The notes: generated by a model from the sequence alone, not told the origin. A DNA stretch of 64,000 nt from an uncultured Bacteroidales bacterium (GCA_964544145.1 CAZJAT010000009.1:5001-69000), one strand, 5' to 3'; positions 1 to 11,277 are shown, numbered from the stretch's first letter. Numbers and translations: made by a program.

Positions 1-559
1 ACTGCTTTTTATGACATCATGCTTCAATCTGAGTATTGATATTGACCTCAGCAGAGATAGTGCAGATATTACACAAAGCATATATATAAGCAAATCAATG
101 ATGGATATAGATGAAATGAAGATCAGAGAGGAGCTTGATGACAAATCTGTTGAAATCTCAGAGAATGATGAATTTATCATACTCAACAAACATATAACAA
201 TAGCATCTGATGATTTTGCTAATCGCGGCATTACTCTTGACTATGATAATGGCGGTTATAATGTTATATTAAACCCATTTATTATAATGGATGCTGACAA
301 TGATATGGCAATGCTCATGCAGGAGACATTTTCAATGGCAGTACATATCAATGACGGGAGAATCGACGAGCATAATGGTGATTCAATAATTAATAATACT
401 GTTTATTTCACCATTCCTTTTAATACGAATGAATCATATGCAATGCCGTCAATCCATACCTATACAGGGATTAATATCAGATTGTATGTTATTATATTAG
501 CATCAATCCTTGCAGTATTTATTGTCATAATCATTCTTGTATTCAAGGGGAAGAAATGA
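1..559 (+). CDS. Probable lipoprotein with C-terminal membrane anchor; 5' end lies upstream of the window
   Basis: The frame is open back to the window edge (L-L-F-M-T-S-C, lipobox-like) and ends in a hydrophobic helix followed by KGKK. Its stop overlaps the proS start (ATGA). Confidence 0.6.
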   Translation, partial: LLFMTSCFNLSIDIDLSRDSADITQSIYISKSMMDIDEMKIREELDDKSVEISENDEFIILNKHITIASDDFANRGITLDYDNGGYNVILNPFIIMDADNDMAMLMQETFSMAVHINDGRIDEHNGDSIINNTVYFTIPFNTNESYAMPSIHTYTGINIRLYVIILASILAVFIVIIILVFKGKK

Positions 560-2271
560 AATTATCGCAAATGTTTTTTGAGACACGTAAGGAAATGCCT
601 AAAGATGCAGAAATGATTTCTCATAAACTTCTATTGAAGGGGGGCTATATTAGCCTCTCTTCAGCTGGTGTTTATACATATTTACCGCTATTTCTCCGTG
701 CATTTAAAAAAGCTGAAGCAATCATTATTGAAGAGATGAATAGAATAGGAGCTCAGCAATTGCTTATGCCGGCATTAACTCCCAGAGAGATATGGGAAGA
801 GAGCGGCAGATGGAAAGATTTCGGCAATGAGATGTTTCGGCTGCAAGACAGGAAGAAACGGGATTATGCATTATGCCCGACACATGAGGAGATCATTACT
901 GATATTGCGCGGAAAAACATTCAATCTTATAAGCAGATGCCTCAGATCTGGTATCAGATACAAACTAAGTTTAGAGATGAACCAAGACCGAGAAGCGGTT
1001 TACTGAGAGTTAGATATTTTGAAATGAAGGATTCATATTCATTTGATGTAAATACTGAAGCGCTTGATATTTCTTATAATAAACACCGCAATGCATATGA
1101 AAGAATATTCAGCAGATGCGGTCTTGATTATACAATTGTTTCTGCTTCAAGCGGCCTTATGGGCGGTTCGAAATCCGAAGAATTCATGGCAATATCAGAC
1201 AGCGGTGAAGATAATACTGTAATATGTACTTCATGCGGATACTCAGCTAATTCAGAGGTTGCAGAAACTGCCTTAGATTACAGATCATTTCCCGGAGGGG
1301 AACTCATTGAGATTCATACACCAGTAAAAGGTGATATAGAAAGTGTTTCAAAATATCTGAGAACTGAAAAAAATCATTTTATAAAGTCAATTCTTTTGAT
1401 TCATAGTGGTAATCCTATTTTTATACTTATACCAGGAGACCGTGAAATTGATGAAAAGAAACTGGAATTGATACTCAAAGATAAGTACAGATATGCAGAT
1501 GATGAAGAAATAGTAAAATTCACAAAAACAGAAAAGGGATACATTTCTCCATTGAATTTAAATATAAAATCAATAGCTGATATATCATTAAAAGGCGCAA
1601 AGGGAATGATATCAGGCGCCAATAAAAGAGAATACCATATTAAAAATATTGATATTAAACGTGATATAAAAGATATCACATTTGAAAATATTATACTAAT
1701 CAATGAGAATGATAAATGCGTAAAATGCGGACACAATTCATTAAATATAAGGAAATGTATTGAAATAGGTCATATATTCCAGCTTGGGACTAAATATTCA
1801 AAGGCATTGAATGCTACATTTGTTGATAGAGAAGGCAATGAGAATACTATTGTAATGGGTTCCTATGGAATAGGATTGGGCAGAATGATCAGTACAGTAA
1901 TTGAGCAGCATGCAGGTGAAAATGATATTAAGTGGCCCATTACATTAGCCCCATATACTATTACCATACTCCCGATGAATATATCGGACAATATAATCAT
2001 GAATGAAGCTGAACGAATATATGATTTACTCGCCATGCAGTATGATACTCTTATTGATGACCGCGACATAAGAGCAGGCAATAAATTCAAGGATGCGGAT
2101 CTAATCGGTGCTCCGGTTAGGATTATTATTGGACGCACATTTAAGGAGAAAAATGAAGTAGAAATCATTGTAGGTAATAATGGAGATAAAATGGTTATTC
2201 CTGCAGACAATGTTTTTGAGAAAGTGAAACAAATTATAAACAATGAGTATAAAAAGTATGAATATAAATGA
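556..2271 (+). CDS. proS: Proline--tRNA ligase (bacterial type, with editing domain)
   Basis: Motifs FRDEPRPRSGLLRVRYFEMKDSYSF, EIGHIFQLGTKYS, MGSYGIGLGR; 571 aa. Confidence 0.97.
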   Translation: MKLSQMFFETRKEMPKDAEMISHKLLLKGGYISLSSAGVYTYLPLFLRAFKKAEAIIIEEMNRIGAQQLLMPALTPREIWEESGRWKDFGNEMFRLQDRKKRDYALCPTHEEIITDIARKNIQSYKQMPQIWYQIQTKFRDEPRPRSGLLRVRYFEMKDSYSFDVNTEALDISYNKHRNAYERIFSRCGLDYTIVSASSGLMGGSKSEEFMAISDSGEDNTVICTSCGYSANSEVAETALDYRSFPGGELIEIHTPVKGDIESVSKYLRTEKNHFIKSILLIHSGNPIFILIPGDREIDEKKLELILKDKYRYADDEEIVKFTKTEKGYISPLNLNIKSIADISLKGAKGMISGANKREYHIKNIDIKRDIKDITFENIILINENDKCVKCGHNSLNIRKCIEIGHIFQLGTKYSKALNATFVDREGNENTIVMGSYGIGLGRMISTVIEQHAGENDIKWPITLAPYTITILPMNISDNIIMNEAERIYDLLAMQYDTLIDDRDIRAGNKFKDADLIGAPVRIIIGRTFKEKNEVEIIVGNNGDKMVIPADNVFEKVKQIINNEYKKYEYK

Positions 2272-2530
2272 CAAGAAGATTCATCTAATGGAAATCGCGG
2301 AAAATCTTATAAAACGAAGAGATTTTACAAATAAAAAAATATCTATTAAACATATTGAAATTAAAGGGGATAAGAATATAATAGTAAAGATATTCCTTGC
2401 TAAGGAACCTGCTGTCAGTATAGATGACTGCTCAATGTTTCACAAGGAATATATGCTTTTATTGAAAATTGAAAATCTTTGGGATGAAAACATTAATATT
2501 GAGGTATCATCCCCCGGTGTATCTGAATAA
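2258..2530 (+). CDS. rimP: Ribosome maturation factor RimP, N-terminal domain only
   Basis: VSIDDCS and IEVSSPG motifs; canonical position upstream of nusA. Start is 2243 or 2258. Confidence 0.8.
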   Translation: MNINDKKIHLMEIAENLIKRRDFTNKKISIKHIEIKGDKNIIVKIFLAKEPAVSIDDCSMFHKEYMLLLKIENLWDENINIEVSSPGVSE

Positions 2531-2542
2531 TCAGGAGGTTAA

Positions 2543-3784
2543 GTGGACACAAGAGAAATTATTGATTCACTCATTGATATTGAGCAGACAAAGAATATTG
2601 AAAAATCCGAAGTGATTGACATAATTATTGAAGGATTGGACAGGGCATGCAAGAAACAATTCGGTAAAGACGGCAAATATATCATCAATGTTAATGAAGC
2701 AACAGGCGAAATTATTATTACTCGGTTAATAACTGTTGTTGATGAGGATCCTGATGAAAGATACGAAATAAGTATCAAGGAAGCAAATGCAATAGATAGC
2801 ACCATTGTAAGCGGAGATGAACTTGAAGAGGAATTAAGAATAACAGATTTCGGAAGACTTGCAATTAATGCTATGAAACAGCATATAACATCAGAATTAC
2901 TTAAGCAGGAAAGAGTTTCATTGTTTAACGAATTCTCAGGTAAAGTTGATTCATTGGTAAATGGTTCAATAAAGAAGATCAGCAGAAAAATGGTATTTAT
3001 AAATCTCAATAGGCTGGAAGCTATTATGCCTATGGAAGAGTCAATACCCGGCGAGAGATATCGGCTTGGACAGCTTATTAAAGCTGTTATCAGTGAAGTA
3101 AGACAGGATAAAGGAGATCCAAAAGTCATTCTTTCAAGAAGATCTGATGATTTTCTGAAACGCCTGCTTGAATTTGAAGTTCCTGAAATAGAGGATGGGA
3201 CTGTAGTTATAAAAGGCATTGCAAGAATGCCCGGAATAAAATCAAAAATTGCGGTAATGTCAGTAGATGATAAAATTGACCCTGTAGGAGCATGTGTCGG
3301 AGTTAAAGGATCACGGATAAGAACAATAATCAAAGAGCTGAACAATGAACATATTGATATAATACAATGGTCATATGACCCGATTATATTCACTCAAAGA
3401 GTCATCTCCCCGGGTACAGTAATCAGGGCATTCAAAAATGAAGAAACAATGGCCATGAAACTGGTAGTCAAAGATGATACATATGAAAGAGCAATAGGCC
3501 GCGATTATATAAATGTCGACCTTGCATCCGAATTGACAGGATGGCAGATTGAAGTAATCAGCGAATCTGATTTTAAAGAACAAAAAGCCGGCGAGGACAT
3601 GCATCCCATATTCTCCATGGACGGTCTAACAGATAATATCAAAGAGAAACTTATAGAATACGGCTATAAAAGCCCGCAGGATATATTAGATAAAGGTGAA
3701 CAGGCATTAACAGAGATAAATGGTATTGGTAGTAAAAAAATTAAAATGATACTTGAGGCTGCTGAAGATTTTGTCGGCAAGTAG
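2543..3784 (+). CDS. nusA: Transcription termination/antitermination factor NusA
   Basis: ARMPGIKSKIAV, DPVGACVGVKGSRI, AIGRDYINVDLASELTGWQI; GTG start with AGGAGG RBS. Confidence 0.97.
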   Translation: MDTREIIDSLIDIEQTKNIEKSEVIDIIIEGLDRACKKQFGKDGKYIINVNEATGEIIITRLITVVDEDPDERYEISIKEANAIDSTIVSGDELEEELRITDFGRLAINAMKQHITSELLKQERVSLFNEFSGKVDSLVNGSIKKISRKMVFINLNRLEAIMPMEESIPGERYRLGQLIKAVISEVRQDKGDPKVILSRRSDDFLKRLLEFEVPEIEDGTVVIKGIARMPGIKSKIAVMSVDDKIDPVGACVGVKGSRIRTIIKELNNEHIDIIQWSYDPIIFTQRVISPGTVIRAFKNEETMAMKLVVKDDTYERAIGRDYINVDLASELTGWQIEVISESDFKEQKAGEDMHPIFSMDGLTDNIKEKLIEYGYKSPQDILDKGEQALTEINGIGSKKIKMILEAAEDFVGK

Positions 3785-3801
3785 AAGGAAGAATATTCTT
3801 T

Positions 3802-6342
3802 ATGGATAAGATGCGAATTAGCGAATATGCAAAGCAAGTAGGCAAGAAATCAGGTGAAATAATCGGATTTATCAATAATAAATTTGATGCCGGCCTAAAT
3901 CCGAGAGGATACAGTAAAACGCTTGAAAAAGAATGGATTAAAGAATTGAATAAGCATTTTAAGATGGTCAAGAAGGCAACTGTAAAAGTAAAAACACCCG
4001 AAAAGTCAGATGAAAAGATAGAAGACGGTAAATCAGCAAAGCGTCTTATAAAGAGAATTATCAGACATCCCCATGAGGATGAAGTAACTGATACACAGCC
4101 AATTGAAGAAGAGAAAGTCACGCCTAAAAAAGAAATAAAGAAAACAGCAGAAGAAGAAATTAAAAAGGGAACTACCTCTCATGCACCCAGGGAGATTGAA
4201 AAAAAAGAAAAACCGATTGAAGATAAAAAACCACTGATAAAGAAAAGAGAGGAGCCGGTTAAGAATGTTGTTATAAAGGACAAAAAAGATATAAAAGGTT
4301 TGAGCAGTATTAAAGGTAAACCAAAGATAAAAACGCAACCCAAATATCATGAAACAGAATTTGAAGAGGTAAAAACAATTGAACCTCAGAAAGAAAATAC
4401 AGTTGTTATTGATGAGAAAACTGATGTTCAATTAAGAAAGAAGAAGAAGAAAAAGAAGAAGAAAATAGACAAGGAAAAAATTGCAAAATCAGTTGAAGAA
4501 ACAATAAAGAGTATAAGAACAGATCAGACTGCTTCTAAGAAAAAATATAAAGACAAAACTAAAAAATCAGAAACAGATGATGATGAGGTTTTAATAATAA
4601 AGATATCTGATTATATAATTTTGTCTGATTTAGCAGAAAAAATAGATGAAGATCCCGTTGAATTGATTAAAAAAGCCATTGAAATCGGAATAATGGTGAC
4701 TATAAATCAAAGGCTTGATTATGATAATGCATCTATTATTGCCATGGAATTCGGATATGAAGTTGAAAGAATTCAGGAAGAACAAAAGGAAGAAATTGTA
4801 TTCGAAGAGGATGAAACAGAAACTGTTGAAGGAGAACCGAGACCCCCTGTGGTAACTGTTATGGGACATGTTGATCATGGAAAAACAACGCTAATCGATT
4901 ATTTGAGAGAATCACGCATAGTTGATACAGAACATGGCAAGATCACTCAAAATATCGGGGCTTACACGGTTAAATCAAAAGCCGGCAAAATAACAGTAGT
5001 TGACACCCCGGGTCATGAAGCATTTACTGCAATGAGAGCAAGAGGAGCCCAGGTAACAGATATTGCCATTATTGTTATTGCTGCAAATGATTCAGTTATG
5101 CCTCAGACAAAAGAAGCAATAAATCATGCAAATCTTGCAAATATTCCTTTTATAATTGCTATTAATAAAATCGATTTGCCCGAATCAGATCCAGAGAAAG
5201 TTAAAAGAGATTTACTTAATGAAAATATTGTAGTTGAGGATTTCGGAGGAAAGATACCCGTAGTGGCAATATCCGCTAAAACAGGTAAAAATGTGAATGA
5301 CTTGATTGAAACAGTATTACTGCAAGCAGAATTGATGGAGCTAAAAGCTCCTGTTGAAGGCGTAGTTAAGGGTGTTGTTATAGAAGTAAAACAGGATAAA
5401 GGACTCGGACCTGTTATTAATTGCATAATTCAGAAAGGGACATTACATAAAAGTGATGTTGTAGTTGCAGGTTCCGTATTCGGAAAAGTACGTAAATTAC
5501 TGGATGAATTCGGAAAGGAAACAAAGGAAGCCGGTCCGTCAACACCGGTAACGATTGTGGGATTGAGCGACCTACCGTCAGTAGGCGATGTTATAATGAG
5601 CATAGAGAATGTTCGTAAAGCAAAGGATATAGCGAGACAGAGGCATTTGGCATACAGAGAACAGCTTATAAAACGCAGAGAAATTACAAATGTGGATTCA
5701 TATGAAAGACAACTGAAAGATATGGCTAAGAAAGATCTCAATCTGATAATAAAAGGAAAGGTGTTCGGATCAATAGAGGCATTAGCTGACTCCCTTCAGA
5801 TGCTTGGTAATGAAGAAGTCAAAATTAATGTCGTTTACAAGGAAGTCGGAATTGTTACTGAAAATGATGTTAACATTGCTATTGCCTCAGATGCCCATAT
5901 TATCGCTTTTGACACATCAATATCTTCGGATGCAAAAAAATATGCAAAAAAAGAAGGCATATCAATTAAACAGTATAATATTATATATGATGTGATTGAT
6001 GATATTCAAAAGGCAATTTTATCAATGAATGACCCTGTGTATGAAACAATAATAACAGGTAAGGCTCAAGTCAGACAGATGTTCAAATTCTCGAAGACAG
6101 GAGTCATAGCCGGTTCCCATGTCATTGAAGGTCATATTTCGAGAAGCTCTAAACTGCGTATAGAGCGGGACGGAGTTGAACTGGGTGTTTATGGAATTAA
6201 ATCCCTGAAGCGTTTTCAGGATGATGTGAAGAAAGTTGAATCAGGGTTTGACTGTGCTGTAATTATTGACGGATTTGATGATATTCAGGAAAATGACATT
6301 ATTATTGCCATTGAAGAACGTCTCATTGAACCTGAAATATAG
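3802..6342 (+). CDS. infB: Translation initiation factor IF-2
   Basis: PPVVTVMGHVDHGKTTL, DTPGHEAFTAMRARGA, NKID; Lys-rich N-terminal region. Confidence 0.98.
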   Translation: MDKMRISEYAKQVGKKSGEIIGFINNKFDAGLNPRGYSKTLEKEWIKELNKHFKMVKKATVKVKTPEKSDEKIEDGKSAKRLIKRIIRHPHEDEVTDTQPIEEEKVTPKKEIKKTAEEEIKKGTTSHAPREIEKKEKPIEDKKPLIKKREEPVKNVVIKDKKDIKGLSSIKGKPKIKTQPKYHETEFEEVKTIEPQKENTVVIDEKTDVQLRKKKKKKKKKIDKEKIAKSVEETIKSIRTDQTASKKKYKDKTKKSETDDDEVLIIKISDYIILSDLAEKIDEDPVELIKKAIEIGIMVTINQRLDYDNASIIAMEFGYEVERIQEEQKEEIVFEEDETETVEGEPRPPVVTVMGHVDHGKTTLIDYLRESRIVDTEHGKITQNIGAYTVKSKAGKITVVDTPGHEAFTAMRARGAQVTDIAIIVIAANDSVMPQTKEAINHANLANIPFIIAINKIDLPESDPEKVKRDLLNENIVVEDFGGKIPVVAISAKTGKNVNDLIETVLLQAELMELKAPVEGVVKGVVIEVKQDKGLGPVINCIIQKGTLHKSDVVVAGSVFGKVRKLLDEFGKETKEAGPSTPVTIVGLSDLPSVGDVIMSIENVRKAKDIARQRHLAYREQLIKRREITNVDSYERQLKDMAKKDLNLIIKGKVFGSIEALADSLQMLGNEEVKINVVYKEVGIVTENDVNIAIASDAHIIAFDTSISSDAKKYAKKEGISIKQYNIIYDVIDDIQKAILSMNDPVYETIITGKAQVRQMFKFSKTGVIAGSHVIEGHISRSSKLRIERDGVELGVYGIKSLKRFQDDVKKVESGFDCAVIIDGFDDIQENDIIIAIEERLIEPEI

Positions 6343-6489
6343 TGAAGTGTGAATCATTATATGTTATTAAAATACATTGTTTTGAGTTTTATTTTATTAC
6401 ATATTACATAAATAGTTAATCAAATAAATCTCATATATGATTTAATTACTCAGAAACTGAACTGATTGTCAAATATAAATGGAGTAAGG

Positions 6490-6831
6490 GTGAAGGATAT
6501 CAGAAGAAAACGGATTGAATCCGAAATCCAGAGGCAATTGGGAAACATTATTGCTCGTATGAATGATGAGCATATTAAGCACATCACAATAACAGAAATC
6601 ATTGTCACACCTGACGGCAGATATGCAACCGTGTATTACACTTATTCAGAAGGTGTTCAGATTAAGCAAAAAGCAGTGGAAAATGCAGCAGGTTACCTGC
6701 GGAGCAAATTAGCTAAAGCAATGAAATTGAGATATACACCCGCACTGACATTCAAGAAGGATTCAGGATATGTTAAGGAACGTTCTATGGATGAATTATT
6801 TGGACAATTAGATGATGAAGAAAATAATTGA
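6490..6831 (+). CDS. rbfA: Ribosome-binding factor A
   Basis: ITITEIIVTPDGRYATVY and LRYTPALTFKKD; follows infB. GTG at 6490 has a GGAG RBS (ORF track starts at 6466). Confidence 0.9.
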   Translation: MKDIRRKRIESEIQRQLGNIIARMNDEHIKHITITEIIVTPDGRYATVYYTYSEGVQIKQKAVENAAGYLRSKLAKAMKLRYTPALTFKKDSGYVKERSMDELFGQLDDEENN

Positions 6832-7768
6832 TATTATTGATAATGCAAATTCTGTGCTTATTGTTTCACATAAAAGACCTGATGGCGATTCCATTGCATC
6901 CCAAATAGCATTATATCATGCTCTGAAATCTGTTGGTAAGAGTGTCTATATACTCAATGAACATGATATGCCGGAGAAATTTGCTTTTCTTCAATCTGAT
7001 GGCATTATAAATCATATATTGAATGGCAATGAATATGATACCATTGTATTTCTTGACTGTGCGAATATGAACCGCATTGGAAACAATTCCCTGGAATTGA
7101 TCAAACCTATTCTCAAACACTGCAATTGCATAAATATTGACCATCACACAAGTAATGACCATTTCTGCAGATATAATATGGTGAACACAGAGACATCATC
7201 AACATGTGAAATGATTTATTCATTGTTTGAAGGGCTCAATATCAATATAAATACTGCAATAGCGACCTCATTACTAACAGGTATCATAACTGACACTGGT
7301 TTCTTCAAATTCAGCAACACCAGTGCAGAGACATTTGAGATTGTAACAAAGCTCATAAAAAAAGGCGCAAATATTAATTCAATTGCTTACGAAATATACA
7401 TGAATCGCCCAATAGAAGAGATCCGTCTCATTCGCACAGTATTTGAGCGTATTGAAATTATTGATGACAAAATAGTATCATATATAGATAATAATGATTT
7501 TCTGAAAACGGGTGCTAAGAGCGAATACACGGATGGAATAGTAAATCAGATATTATACATCAAAGGCATAAAAGCAGCAGTTCTTATAATTCAGGACGGA
7601 AACAATGTTCGGATATCATTTAGAAGTAAAGATGAAGTATATGATATGAATAAACTCGCATCTGTATTTGATGGAGGCGGACATAAAAATGCTGCAGGTG
7701 CATATATATCCAATATAACTATCAAGGAAGCTGTAAGTAAAATTAAGGAATTACTGAATAAATTATGA
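6812..7768 (+). CDS. nrnA: DHH/DHHA1 phosphoesterase (nanoRNase/pAp phosphatase)
   Basis: SHKRPDGDS, FLDCA, NIDHH, TDTG, GGGHKNAAG. Confidence 0.9.
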   Translation: MMKKIIDIIDNANSVLIVSHKRPDGDSIASQIALYHALKSVGKSVYILNEHDMPEKFAFLQSDGIINHILNGNEYDTIVFLDCANMNRIGNNSLELIKPILKHCNCINIDHHTSNDHFCRYNMVNTETSSTCEMIYSLFEGLNININTAIATSLLTGIITDTGFFKFSNTSAETFEIVTKLIKKGANINSIAYEIYMNRPIEEIRLIRTVFERIEIIDDKIVSYIDNNDFLKTGAKSEYTDGIVNQILYIKGIKAAVLIIQDGNNVRISFRSKDEVYDMNKLASVFDGGGHKNAAGAYISNITIKEAVSKIKELLNKL

Positions 7769-8811
7769 AAAAAGTCCTTTCTATTATTGGAGCAAGACCG
7801 CAGTTCATAAAACATCAACCTCTAAAGAAAGCCCTCCTTGAACATTTTGAAGAAAAAACAGTCCATACCGGCCAGCACTATGATTCAAATATGTCAGAAA
7901 TCTTTTTTAAAGAAATGAATATCGCGAAACCGGAATTCAATTTGAATATAGGATCCGGATCCCATGCATATCAAACAGCCGAAATGATGAAAACATTAGA
8001 ATCAATTCTATGTGACGAGAACCCGGATGTTGTTATTATATATGGGGATACCAATTCAACGCTTGCAGGAGCATTAACATCAGCAAAAATGCAGATAAAG
8101 ATTGCACATATTGAGGCAGGAATGAGAAGCTTTAACAGAGATATGCCGGAAGAGATTAACCGTATTATTGCTGATAGATTATCCCAGTTCAATTTTGCGC
8201 CATCATTAAATGCACTGAATAATCTTAAAAAAGAAGGTATGACAGGAGTTCTGACCGGTGATATTATGTATGATGCATTTAAACATTTCAGCAATTTAAG
8301 TATTAACAATATGAATGAAAACTGTACAATAGATATTAATGATGATTTTATCTTATTAACTCTGCATAGGGCATATAACACAACCCCTGATAATATTAAA
8401 CTCATTCTATCACGACTCAATAATCTTAATAAGAGAATTGTTTTTCCCATTCACCCGAGAACAAGAGCTGTAATGAATGACAATGCCATAGAGAGAGATT
8501 ATTCAAATATTGAATTTACAGAACCCCTCGGCTATAGGGATATGCTTTTATGTTTAAAAAATTGTTCTTATGTGATAACAGATTCAGGCGGATTACAGAA
8601 AGAAGCCTATTATGCAGGGAAGAAATGTGTTACTATTAGATCGGAAACAGAATGGACAGAAACAATCGAGCATGGTGCGAATATTCTTTGTCCTCTAGGA
8701 GAATGCGAAATTGATCAATTCATATCAAATTCAAAACCGGATTTTAATGAAATATATGGCAGCGGCAATGCTGCTTCTATTATAGTTAAAACATTATTGG
8801 AGAGTTTATGA
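7765..8811 (+). CDS. wecB: UDP-N-acetylglucosamine 2-epimerase (non-hydrolysing)
   Basis: GARPQFIK, HTGQHYD, GDTNSTLAG, HIEAGMRS, TDSGGLQKEA. Confidence 0.93.
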   Translation: MKKVLSIIGARPQFIKHQPLKKALLEHFEEKTVHTGQHYDSNMSEIFFKEMNIAKPEFNLNIGSGSHAYQTAEMMKTLESILCDENPDVVIIYGDTNSTLAGALTSAKMQIKIAHIEAGMRSFNRDMPEEINRIIADRLSQFNFAPSLNALNNLKKEGMTGVLTGDIMYDAFKHFSNLSINNMNENCTIDINDDFILLTLHRAYNTTPDNIKLILSRLNNLNKRIVFPIHPRTRAVMNDNAIERDYSNIEFTEPLGYRDMLLCLKNCSYVITDSGGLQKEAYYAGKKCVTIRSETEWTETIEHGANILCPLGECEIDQFISNSKPDFNEIYGSGNAASIIVKTLLESL

Positions 8812-10331
8812 TAATAAAAAATGCACTTATATCATTATATAACAAGAATGGAATTGAAGTAATTATGGAAGCATTGAAACAGTTCAATGTTACTGTTTAT
8901 GCTACAGAAAGCACTGAAAAATATTTATCCCGCATTGGTTATAATGTAAAGAAAACAGAAGAAATAACAGGTATATCCTCATTACTTGGCGGACGTGTTA
9001 AAACATTGAATGAAAAATTATTCTCCGGTATATTATCATATAGGAATGAAATGGATAAAGATTCAATACCTGTTCTATTCGACCTTGTTGTCAGCGATTT
9101 ATACCCTTTTGCCGATACTGTAAAAACAACATGTGATCATGATGAAATAATAGAGAAGATTGATATTGGAGGTGTTTCTCTCATTAGAGCTGCAGCAAAA
9201 AATCACAAATATGTCGGCATAATATGCAGAAAAGACCAGTACAATGATGCAGCAAAGCATATCATTATGAATAAAGGGTCAATCACTGATGATATGAAAA
9301 GAGAATGGGCGGGGGAAGCATTTGCCTTTACAATGGCTTATGATTCTGAAATTAATGATTATTTTCGTAATACAAATGCAAATGAAGAAAAAAAATCGCG
9401 CGCAATTATACTCAATGAATCAATAAAATTGAGATATGGTGAAAATCCGCATCAGGAGGCAAAGATATACAGAATAAGCAATTCAGATGAATCCATAATG
9501 GATTTTGCAATCCATCATGGGAAAGCAATGTCATACAATAATTTCTATGACCTTGATGCAGCATTGAATATTATTTCATTATATAATGAACCCGCAGTTA
9601 CCATTGTAAAACATGCCAATCCATGCGGCATTGGAACAGGTGAAACAATTAATGAGGCATATGAATTGGCTTATATGTCAGATCCGATGTCATCATTCGG
9701 AGGCATTGTTGCAATGAACAGGGAGTGTAATGAAGAAACCGCAGAAATGATTAATTCATCATTTATTGAGATTGTCTGCGCTTCATCATATGAAGAGAAT
9801 GCAATAAAAATACTGAGCCGCAAGAAAAATATAAGAATCATAGAAGGAAATTATAAAAACAGTAATAATATGAATTATAAGCATTTGAATGGCAGCATGC
9901 TTGTACAGGTTAAAGACAATATGAATGACAATGAGAATATATTCAGCGTTATTTCCAAAAGACAGCCCTCAGAAAGGGAATGGAAAGCAATGAAATTTGC
10001 ATGGCGGGCTGTCAGATATATAAAAAGCAATGCAATTGTGATCACGTCCGATCAAAGGACTTTAGGCATAGGCGCGGGACAGATGTCACGTGTCGATGCA
10101 GTTGATATTGCAATAAAAAAATGCGGTGTAATATCATCATATACAGGGGGGACAGCACTCGCCTCAGATGGTTTTTTCCCATTCAGAGATTCTATTGATA
10201 AAGCAAGCAAAGCTGGAATTACCGCAATAATTGAGCCCGGAGGATCCAAAAATGATTTGGAAATAATACAAGCTTGCGATGAATATAATATGGCTCTTGT
10301 ATTTACGGGAAAGAGGCACTTCCTACATTAG
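8808..10331 (+). CDS. purH: Bifunctional AICAR transformylase/IMP cyclohydrolase
   Basis: GGRVKTL, IDIGGVSLIRAAAKNH, LRYGENPHQ, KHANPCG, ASDGFFPF. Confidence 0.96.
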   Translation: MIIKNALISLYNKNGIEVIMEALKQFNVTVYATESTEKYLSRIGYNVKKTEEITGISSLLGGRVKTLNEKLFSGILSYRNEMDKDSIPVLFDLVVSDLYPFADTVKTTCDHDEIIEKIDIGGVSLIRAAAKNHKYVGIICRKDQYNDAAKHIIMNKGSITDDMKREWAGEAFAFTMAYDSEINDYFRNTNANEEKKSRAIILNESIKLRYGENPHQEAKIYRISNSDESIMDFAIHHGKAMSYNNFYDLDAALNIISLYNEPAVTIVKHANPCGIGTGETINEAYELAYMSDPMSSFGGIVAMNRECNEETAEMINSSFIEIVCASSYEENAIKILSRKKNIRIIEGNYKNSNNMNYKHLNGSMLVQVKDNMNDNENIFSVISKRQPSEREWKAMKFAWRAVRYIKSNAIVITSDQRTLGIGAGQMSRVDAVDIAIKKCGVISSYTGGTALASDGFFPFRDSIDKASKAGITAIIEPGGSKNDLEIIQACDEYNMALVFTGKRHFLH

Positions 10332-10338
10332 GAGATTT

Positions 10339-11277
10339 ATGTTTTTTAGAAAAAAGAAGACAATTGGCCTGGCACTCGGAGGCGGAGCTGCAAAAGGACT
10401 GGCTCATATAGGTGTTTTGCGTGTACTTGAAGAAATAGGACTGAAACCGGATATAATTACAGGAACATCATTCGGTGCTCTGATAGGAGCTATGTATGCA
10501 TCAGGCAGAACAGCAGATGAAATTGAAAGAATTGCAGATAGTATTGACAGAAAGGAAGCCTTAAAATTATTCAGCATTTCTTTAAATGGTGCCGGTTTTA
10601 TTGATGGAAAGAAAATTACACAATTTCTCAGTACTGTTATAAAGAGAAATCTCATAGAGGATATGGATATCCCATTTGCATGTACTGCATGCAATATTAT
10701 TGATGGAACAGAAATTATATTTGATAAAGGCAATATCATTGAATCTGTCAGAGCATCAATATCTATACCAGGTATTTTTTCTCCTGTAGATAGCGGGGAA
10801 CTTGCATTGGTTGACGGAGGTCTTGTTAATCCTGTACCTGTAGACATTGCAAGAGAAATGGGAGCTGATTTTATTATTGCTGTAAATGTTCTTAATGTTC
10901 CCAGAATTAAGCATGGTTCAATGACAATTACAGCAGTACATACGAATGAGCCTATTGATCATAATCTCTCTGTTAATGAGCGTTTAAAGGTTTTCATTGA
11001 AAATGAAATAAATACAATTGAGTCAATGGCAAAACGCGTTGCCAGTATATTTGATCTTTCTGATGAAATGAATATCTTTGATGTTATGTCCCAGACAATG
11101 CATCTTGCGGAGAGAAATATTGCAGAATATAAACTTATTTCAGATAAACCCGATATACTCATAGAACCTGATATGGAAATCATTAAACACTTTGAGTTTC
11201 ATAAAACAAAAGAAGCCGCAGCACTGGGTGAAAATGAGGCAAGAAAATACATTGATTTATTGAAAAAACTGATATGA
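10339..11277 (+). CDS. Patatin-like phospholipase
   Basis: GGGAAKG, GTSFG nucleophile elbow, DGG. ATG at 10339 has a GGAG RBS. Confidence 0.9.
   Translation: MFFRKKKTIGLALGGGAAKGLAHIGVLRVLEEIGLKPDIITGTSFGALIGAMYASGRTADEIERIADSIDRKEALKLFSISLNGAGFIDGKKITQFLSTVIKRNLIEDMDIPFACTACNIIDGTEIIFDKGNIIESVRASISIPGIFSPVDSGELALVDGGLVNPVPVDIAREMGADFIIAVNVLNVPRIKHGSMTITAVHTNEPIDHNLSVNERLKVFIENEINTIESMAKRVASIFDLSDEMNIFDVMSQTMHLAERNIAEYKLISDKPDILIEPDMEIIKHFEFHKTKEAAALGENEARKYIDLLKKLI

Noticed and set aside
4435-4465. Purine run encoding poly-Lys in infB as a repeat or frameshift site
   Set aside because: Mixed AAG/AAA codons in an intact frame; Lys-rich N-terminal linkers are normal for IF-2.
6343-6489. ncRNA or leader in the 147-nt infB-rbfA gap
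   Set aside because: Very AT-rich, with no stable stem or recognisable motif.
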